From an uncultured Bacteroidota bacterium (GTDB taxonomy: Bacteria; Bacteroidota; Bacteroidia; Flavobacteriales; TMED113): DNA of 64,000 bases. The position numbers and the translations under genes are program-made. Below are positions 59,451 to 64,000 of this stretch, piece by piece. The DNA lies in contig CABYOB010000003.1 of the NCBI GenBank assembly GCA_902520385.1, positions 2,845 to 66,844 on the forward strand, written 5' to 3'. Position 1 is the first letter of the stretch, and each line of letters starts with the position of its first letter. The notes below the pieces were generated by a model. It saw nothing but the letters and a program-made list of their open reading frames with translations, searched no databases and was not told the origin of the DNA.

Positions 59451-60059
59451 ATGAAAAAACTACTACTCCTACTTATTATACCACTGTTGAGTTTTGGGCA
59501 ATATGATTTTAGTTTTGAAAACATTCTAAGATTATGTGTAAACGATAATGGTTTTTTTCAGAAAGAAATGATAAAATCAGAAAATGTAGATGTAATTTAC
59601 ATTTCTCCAGGCAATTTACTTTATAGTTACACAACTGTAGGTGGGGGAATAGGAGCAGCAAGACTTAGACCTACAAATGACTCTACTTTATATAAATCAA
59701 ACTCGCTTTTTTATTCTTTAAAACCAGACTTAAAAAGTTTTAAAATCATAAAGTCGTTAGAGTTAAAGTTTGCATACAATTACACCCCCTATAATGAAAA
59801 AGCATCAGGGTTTTATACTTTAGAAATGGAAGAGCAGTTTTCTTCTAAAATGGAATTAATTAAAAAAGAAAATACGTTGACTTTACAGCTTGTAGAGTTC
59901 CACGCTGAATGTGTAAATAAAATAGAAAACAATTGTGAGTATATTAGATCTTTAAATAACGGAAGAAAACGTGTTTATGAATATAGTTGGAAAAATCACT
60001 TTTTTGAAATTCACATAACAAATGATTTGATATATATCATCTCTTCTTCAAAATTTTAA
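59451..60059 (+). CDS. hypothetical secreted protein
   Basis: Signal peptide MKKLLLLLIIPLLSFGQ. It starts immediately after the previous stop. Confidence 0.45.
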   Translation: MKKLLLLLIIPLLSFGQYDFSFENILRLCVNDNGFFQKEMIKSENVDVIYISPGNLLYSYTTVGGGIGAARLRPTNDSTLYKSNSLFYSLKPDLKSFKIIKSLELKFAYNYTPYNEKASGFYTLEMEEQFSSKMELIKKENTLTLQLVEFHAECVNKIENNCEYIRSLNNGRKRVYEYSWKNHFFEIHITNDLIYIISSSKF

Positions 60060-60063
60060 CCAC

Positions 60064-60071
60064 TATATTTA
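60064..60071 (+). promoter_or_regulatory. -7 box TATATTTA, promoter cassette copy
   Basis: AACCACTATATTTATATAACTAAATACTATTACT precedes ATG 60092, with 21-nt spacing. Confidence 0.45.
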
Positions 60072-60091
60072 TATAACTAAATACTATTACT

Positions 60092-60610
60092 ATGAAGAAG
60101 TTTATACTATTATTAATTATTCCGATTACTCTTCTAGTATCTTGTGGTGGCTCAAATCAAGGTGTTGAAAAACAACCTACCAGTCCAAATCAAATAAAAG
60201 ACCAAGATATAGAGATTCAAAATATTGAAAAAGATTGGGTTGAATTTAAAGTAAAAGCTGTTGGAAATACTATGTCTGACATGAAATTCGATATTGAAAA
60301 CATCCAAGTTAACGAAGGTTCTTGGGTTAGAATCATTTTAATAAATGAAGGAGAACAAATTGCAATGCAACATAATATTGTTTTTGTGAACTATGGTGCA
60401 AGAAAGGAGGTCGCAACACAAGCGATTAATGCTGGACCTAGTATGAAATATGTTCCAAGTAATAAAAATATAATTGCAGCGTCTGACCTAGCTCAGCCAG
60501 GTGAGACTATCTCATTAGAATTTAAGGCCCCAAAGAAGGGTAATTATGAATTCGTTTGTACTTACCCAGGGCACAGTGAGAGTATGAGAGGGTATTTTAT
60601 TGTAAAATAA
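60092..60610 (+). CDS. azurin-like cupredoxin lipoprotein
   Basis: Lipobox LVSC. Cu ligands are MQHNIVF and FVCTYPGHSESMRG (C-x4-H-x3-M). Confidence 0.75.
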   Translation: MKKFILLLIIPITLLVSCGGSNQGVEKQPTSPNQIKDQDIEIQNIEKDWVEFKVKAVGNTMSDMKFDIENIQVNEGSWVRIILINEGEQIAMQHNIVFVNYGARKEVATQAINAGPSMKYVPSNKNIIAASDLAQPGETISLEFKAPKKGNYEFVCTYPGHSESMRGYFIVK

Positions 60611-60628
60611 AAACTCAACCTAAACCAC

Positions 60629-60636
60629 TATATTTA
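60629..60636 (+). promoter_or_regulatory. -7 box TATATTTA, truncated cassette followed by 10-codon uORF
   Basis: AACCTAAACCACTATATTTATAAT is followed by ATGAAAAAATTAATAAGCTATACTAAAAATTAG (60641-60673). The main ATG is at 60678. Confidence 0.4.
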
Positions 60637-60677
60637 TAATATGAAAAAATTAATAAGCTATACTAAAAATTAGTTTG

Positions 60678-60953
60678 ATGAATTATAATCCTGAACAAAT
60701 TGATAGAATCATTGAAATGTCGTGGGAAGATAGAACACCATATGAAGCTATTTTTTTTCAGTTTAAATTAGCTGAAAGAGAGGTTATAAAATTGATGAGG
60801 GCAAATTTAAAACCGTCTTCATTTAAAAGATGGCGAAAACGTGTTAATAGTGGCGTCAGTCAAAAACACCTTAAAAAAAGAAATCCTGAAATAAATCGTT
60901 TTAAATGTTCAAGACAAAAATTAATAACTAACAATAAAATAAGTAAACGTTAA
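60678..60953 (+). CDS. TIGR03643/DUF2805 family protein
   Basis: WEDRTPYEAIFFQFKLAEREVIKLMR..LKPSSFKRWRKRV. Confidence 0.6.
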   Translation: MNYNPEQIDRIIEMSWEDRTPYEAIFFQFKLAEREVIKLMRANLKPSSFKRWRKRVNSGVSQKHLKKRNPEINRFKCSRQKLITNNKISKR

Positions 60954-61043
60954 ATAATTTCAACTGTATATGATCTAATAAACCTATAAGAAAACTCCTA
61001 GTCCTAATTATTATACCCCCATATTTATGTAATTAAATCTCAT

Positions 61044-61250
61044 ATGCAAAAATTAGAAAAATTCATACTCTCAATTAAGTACTTACCCGCCATATTATAT
61101 TTTGGTTCTGTCGGATTGTTTGGCTATGACATTTATTGTAATATAATAAATGAAACAGAATTTCTTAATATATATACAAAAACACCTGTAATTATTATTT
61201 TTTGTTATATGACTTATTTGGGTGTAAAAAAATATCAAAAGGACCAATAA
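61044..61250 (+). CDS. hypothetical small membrane protein
   Basis: 68 aa with 2 TM helices. Confidence 0.35.
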   Translation: MQKLEKFILSIKYLPAILYFGSVGLFGYDIYCNIINETEFLNIYTKTPVIIIFCYMTYLGVKKYQKDQ

Positions 61251-61282
61251 ATTTAGATATTCCTACACCAACTTAAAACCAT

Positions 61283-61290
61283 TATATTTG
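61283..61290 (+). promoter_or_regulatory. -7 box TATATTTG, promoter cassette copy
   Basis: AAAACCATTATATTTGTATAACAAAATATTATCATTATGAAAAA is identical to the copy at about 63117-63157, with 21-nt spacing. Confidence 0.5.
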
Positions 61291-61310
61291 TATAACAAAA
61301 TATTATCATT

Positions 61311-61937
61311 ATGAAAAATTTTATACTATTAATTATTACAATTTTATTTTGTTCAAGTTGCTCTCAACAACTTTTAATTTCTCAAGGACAAGATGGTTAT
61401 GTGGGGCCATTAAGTGCTGAATACGAAATATTTCAACTAGATACTGTAATAGGAGAAAGTTCAAGTGTTTTAGGATTTTCTAAATCAGAAAAAATAAATA
61501 AGCTCGGAAAAGTTGTTAATTTTTTTGGCGGATCAAATAAGAACTCAAATAATAATTTTTTAGTAGCTCTGACAAATTTAACATTTGCCGCGTTAGCATT
61601 ATCGGCAACAGCCACGACTAATGAAAGAGGTCAAACTGTTTATTATAGAGGAGGTGCAGCTGCGGTAGGTGGTTTTCTTTTTGGGGGGATAATTAGTGAA
61701 GCAGCTTTTTCTCGAAAAACACAAGTAAACGCATCTATAATAGCTGCAAGAAAATTAGTGGAAGAAAACCAAAATATAGATTTATTTATATATCCTAAAT
61801 ATAATATTGAAAATAAGTATAGTTTATTTTCATCAAATTCCAGAGTAACAATTCATTCTAAAGGTGCTGCTCTTAAGAAATCACTTATCAGAGATTCAAC
61901 TTCAGATAAACCAAATTTGCATAATTTAAATGACTAA
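61311..61937 (+). CDS. hypothetical lipoprotein
   Basis: Lipobox FCSSC, with a Gly/Ala-rich hydrophobic segment mid-protein. Confidence 0.45.
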   Translation: MKNFILLIITILFCSSCSQQLLISQGQDGYVGPLSAEYEIFQLDTVIGESSSVLGFSKSEKINKLGKVVNFFGGSNKNSNNNFLVALTNLTFAALALSATATTNERGQTVYYRGGAAAVGGFLFGGIISEAAFSRKTQVNASIIAARKLVEENQNIDLFIYPKYNIENKYSLFSSNSRVTIHSKGAALKKSLIRDSTSDKPNLHNLND

Positions 61938-61948
61938 ATACTATCACT

Positions 61949-62248
61949 ATGAAGAAGTTTATTTCATTTTCTCACCCTAAATATAAAAGTCTTTTTTTTG
62001 TACAAATTGTATGGATTATCTTATTAGGAGCTATTTTTTGTATTGGAGGGTCTTCTATCCCCGAAATGCAAGGAATGGGATGGTTTAATTGTATACCTAC
62101 AGCTGTAGGATATAATCCAATTTTCTTGTTGGGTTTTCTATTTTATTTAATAAAAGGAATTTTAAATAAATGTGTTTTATTATGTTCTAATCCCGTTATT
62201 ATTTTATTGTCAATATTATTATCAGCTATACCAATTATTGTTCTTTAA
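61949..62248 (+). CDS. hypothetical membrane protein
   Basis: 99 aa with 3 TM helices. It is preceded by the shared 5'UTR ACTAAATACTATCACT. Confidence 0.4.
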   Translation: MKKFISFSHPKYKSLFFVQIVWIILLGAIFCIGGSSIPEMQGMGWFNCIPTAVGYNPIFLLGFLFYLIKGILNKCVLLCSNPVIILLSILLSAIPIIVL

Positions 62249-62286
62249 AAAAACAATTCCTTATAACAAGACTAAATACTATCACG

Positions 62287-62925
62287 ATGAAGAATTTTAC
62301 CATATTTCATGCACTAGTTATTATAATTGGAGGGTTGATGTCTATTATTTTCCTAGGCTCATTCATCCTACACATATTAGGTGATATGGGTGCAACAGGG
62401 GTTCTTTTTGTAGTCTGTGTTTTTGGAATGGCTGTTTTTTTAATTACCAATAAAGAATCACGCGATAAAAAGAATAAATATATAAGAGAATCGAAGGATG
62501 AAACAAGTCACAAACAAGATGACTACGTAACTCAATCTAAAAATAAAGCTTACTTGACTGGAGATTGTGAAAATGGATACGGAACCTTTATCTCTTCGAA
62601 AGGAGATAAATACGTAGGAGAATGGAAGGACGGTAAACAGCATGGACATGGAACTTATACTTTTGATAATGGAGATAAATACGTAGGAGAATTTCGGAAT
62701 GGTAAACATCACGGACAAGGTACATTTATTTGGTCGAGCGGAGGAAAATATGTAGGAGAATGGAAAGACGGTAAACATCACGGACAAGGAACTTTTACTT
62801 TTGGTAGTGGAGATAAATACGCAGGAGAATGGAAGGATGATGAAATGCACGGACAAGGAATTTATACCTTTGCTAGGGGATCAAAAATCGTAGGAGAATT
62901 TAAGGACGGAAAGCCTGTAGAATAA
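62287..62925 (+). CDS. membrane-anchored MORN-repeat protein
   Basis: Two N-terminal TM helices, then 5-6 repeats of YVGEWKDGK.HG.GT.TF..G.K. Confidence 0.75.
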   Translation: MKNFTIFHALVIIIGGLMSIIFLGSFILHILGDMGATGVLFVVCVFGMAVFLITNKESRDKKNKYIRESKDETSHKQDDYVTQSKNKAYLTGDCENGYGTFISSKGDKYVGEWKDGKQHGHGTYTFDNGDKYVGEFRNGKHHGQGTFIWSSGGKYVGEWKDGKHHGQGTFTFGSGDKYAGEWKDDEMHGQGIYTFARGSKIVGEFKDGKPVE

Positions 62926-62929
62926 AAAA

Positions 62930-62947
62930 CCCACCAATTAAGGTGGG
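62930..62947. terminator. hairpin CCCACC-AATTAA-GGTGGG (bidirectional terminator candidate)
   Basis: Lies 5 nt after the MORN gene stop and is identical to the hairpin at 59020. Confidence 0.55.
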
Positions 62948-63123
62948 CTTTAGTTAATGTGACGTGTAGCGGTTTCGCCTGCTCCCCCTCTCGTCCTCAG
63001 TTCGAACCATTTAGAAGAATCTTACTCTTTTCATCTGTTGTATGAAGAGATACTAAAAGATATAAAACAACCTAGGTTGCATCCGTAATAGATTTACATA
63101 TTCCTACACTAACCTAAAACCAT

Positions 63124-63131
63124 TATATTTG
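63124..63131 (+). promoter_or_regulatory. -7 box TATATTTG, promoter cassette copy
   Basis: Ends 21 nt before ATG 63152. Confidence 0.5.
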
Positions 63132-63151
63132 TATAACAAAATATTATCATT

Positions 63152-64000
63152 ATGAAAAAACACATATTAATATTTCTTTTTCCTCTTTTTAGTATTGGAC
63201 AAGATTACTCTACATTCTATGTAAAGAAAAAAATTGATGCTAATGTTAATATCAATCAAAATGTTAACATCAATAAAAATGTTAACATCAATAAAAATGT
63301 TAATGTGAGTGGAAATGTTAAAAAAACTATAACCACAATTGATTATGGTCAATTAGCTAATGCAAACGCTCAAAGAGAAGCAAATAAACTCGAACAAAAA
63401 AGAATAGCTATTGAACAAGCTCAATATAATGATGCTAAAGCAAGAGAACAGGCAATAATACTTCATAACCAATCTATAGAAATAGCCGAAAATCCAGTAA
63501 AAGCTCACACATATGGTATTCCATGGCCAAATAATTGGAACACTGATTATTGGAAAGGTTTGTATTTTAATGGTTTTTTGAGTTACACTGAAACTATTAC
63601 CGTCCCTCATCAATCTTTATTTCAGAATGTGGGAGAGTGGAGATGGGAAAATATATCATCTGACGGGATTACTACAGAAATGAATCACGTTTTTCCTGTA
63701 TTCAATTATATGAATTATCAAATTATGAGCTGGGATGAATCTCAAAAATATTCAACTAGAATGCAGTATTTGTTAGAATATTATAAAAATAATGAAAAGC
63801 CTAAAAGTAAAAATTATAAAAAAGATAAAGATGGTTTCAAAAAAGCTTTGAAGCGATATGAAGAAATATGTGACAGCCTAGATAATTGGGGGGTTTGGTA
63901 TACGGCTAGAGAATGGTCTAAAACACCATGGATAAAGGTAAATGAAATGCAAGTGGTACAAAACGGGGATAGCGCATATTGTCATCAAGTAGAAGTTGTA
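63152..64000 (+). CDS. hypothetical secreted protein, 3' end beyond window (not in ORF track)
   Basis: I translated 283 codons by hand with no stop: MKKHILIFLFPLFSIGQDYSTFYVKKKIDANVNINQNVNINKNVNINKNVNVSGNVKK...WPNNWNTDYWKG... It has a signal peptide plus Q and lies behind a promoter cassette. The minus-strand track ORFs here look spurious. Confidence 0.6.
   Translation, partial: MKKHILIFLFPLFSIGQDYSTFYVKKKIDANVNINQNVNINKNVNINKNVNVSGNVKKTITTIDYGQLANANAQREANKLEQKRIAIEQAQYNDAKAREQAIILHNQSIEIAENPVKAHTYGIPWPNNWNTDYWKGLYFNGFLSYTETITVPHQSLFQNVGEWRWENISSDGITTEMNHVFPVFNYMNYQIMSWDESQKYSTRMQYLLEYYKNNEKPKSKNYKKDKDGFKKALKRYEEICDSLDNWGVWYTAREWSKTPWIKVNEMQVVQNGDSAYCHQVEVV

Larger units (their letters stand above)
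62924..63150. repeat. GC-rich intergenic element, copy 3 (full length: hairpin, core, second hairpin, promoter module)
   Basis: The left 66 nt are identical to copy 2. The remainder aligns with copy 1. Confidence 0.85.

Noticed and set aside
62172-62384. 70-aa plus-strand ORF bridging 61949-62248 and 62287-62925.
   Set aside because: It overlaps two ORFs that each have the conserved 5'UTR and start. Its product is a Tyr-rich frame artefact.
62458-62856. 132-aa minus-strand ORF opposite the MORN-repeat gene.
   Set aside because: The periodic MORN repeats keep the antisense frame open. The plus-strand product has clean MORN units and a cassette promoter.
62981-63012. tRNA-like fragments in the repeat cores: GGTTCGAA on the minus strand, and TAGCTCAGTAGGGGGAGC in the copy at about 59071-59100.
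   Set aside because: I could not fold an acceptor stem, anticodon arm or T arm around them. The two variants differ exactly where a tRNA would be conserved. At most they are tRNA-derived relics.
63242-63322. Short regularly spaced repeats that could suggest a CRISPR array.
   Set aside because: The units are contiguous 18-mers with no spacers, in frame inside a coding sequence. No cas genes are present.
63167-63613. Two minus-strand track ORFs (63167-63352 and 63353-63613).
   Set aside because: A plus-strand frame from ATG 63152 stays open to the window end. It has a signal peptide and a promoter cassette. The minus-strand products look like mirror translations.

Overview
This is an AT-rich (roughly 30% GC) chromosome segment of Bacteroidota/Flavobacteriia type. 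The evidence is T9SS C-terminal sorting domains, signal peptides ending just before Q, TAnnTTTG -7 promoter boxes, a Bacteroidetes-type sdhCAB operon, and a SUF operon ending in DUF59 and DUF2480 genes. Bases 1 to about 41.7 kb are mostly core metabolism: purF, S46 peptidase, sufA/B/C/D/S/E, thiL, pepP, sdhCAB, rnr, tRNA-Thr, cdd, panCD and glmS. This stretch is interrupted by secreted-protein genes, namely a collagen-like cluster and three tandem M43 metalloproteases. Bases 41.7-64 kb form an accessory region of many short genes for secreted, lipoprotein and small membrane proteins, plus umuDC, two cupredoxins and a COG0523 GTPase. These genes are separated by repeated intergenic modules. I saw no transposase, integrase, CRISPR array or rRNA. 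The observations most worth follow-up are: (1) a near-perfect 127-bp tandem duplication between sdhC and sdhA with GACA boxes at 10-bp phasing, followed by an excisionase-family HTH domain fused in frame to SdhA; (2) a three-copy GC-rich intergenic element of about 130-220 bp, and a promoter/5'UTR cassette reused before many unrelated genes; (3) a roughly 33-aa C-terminal tag shared by eight unrelated secreted proteins alongside canonical T9SS CTDs; (4) a COG0523 GTPase lacking CXCC, next to a small protein ending in CSCC; (5) an exact thyroglobulin type-1 signature; (6) a GC-rich long-hairpin candidate sRNA. CDS coordinates follow the supplied ORF track. Hand-counted coordinates of non-ORF features may be off by 1-2 nt. 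All family names come from motif recognition by eye, not from searches.
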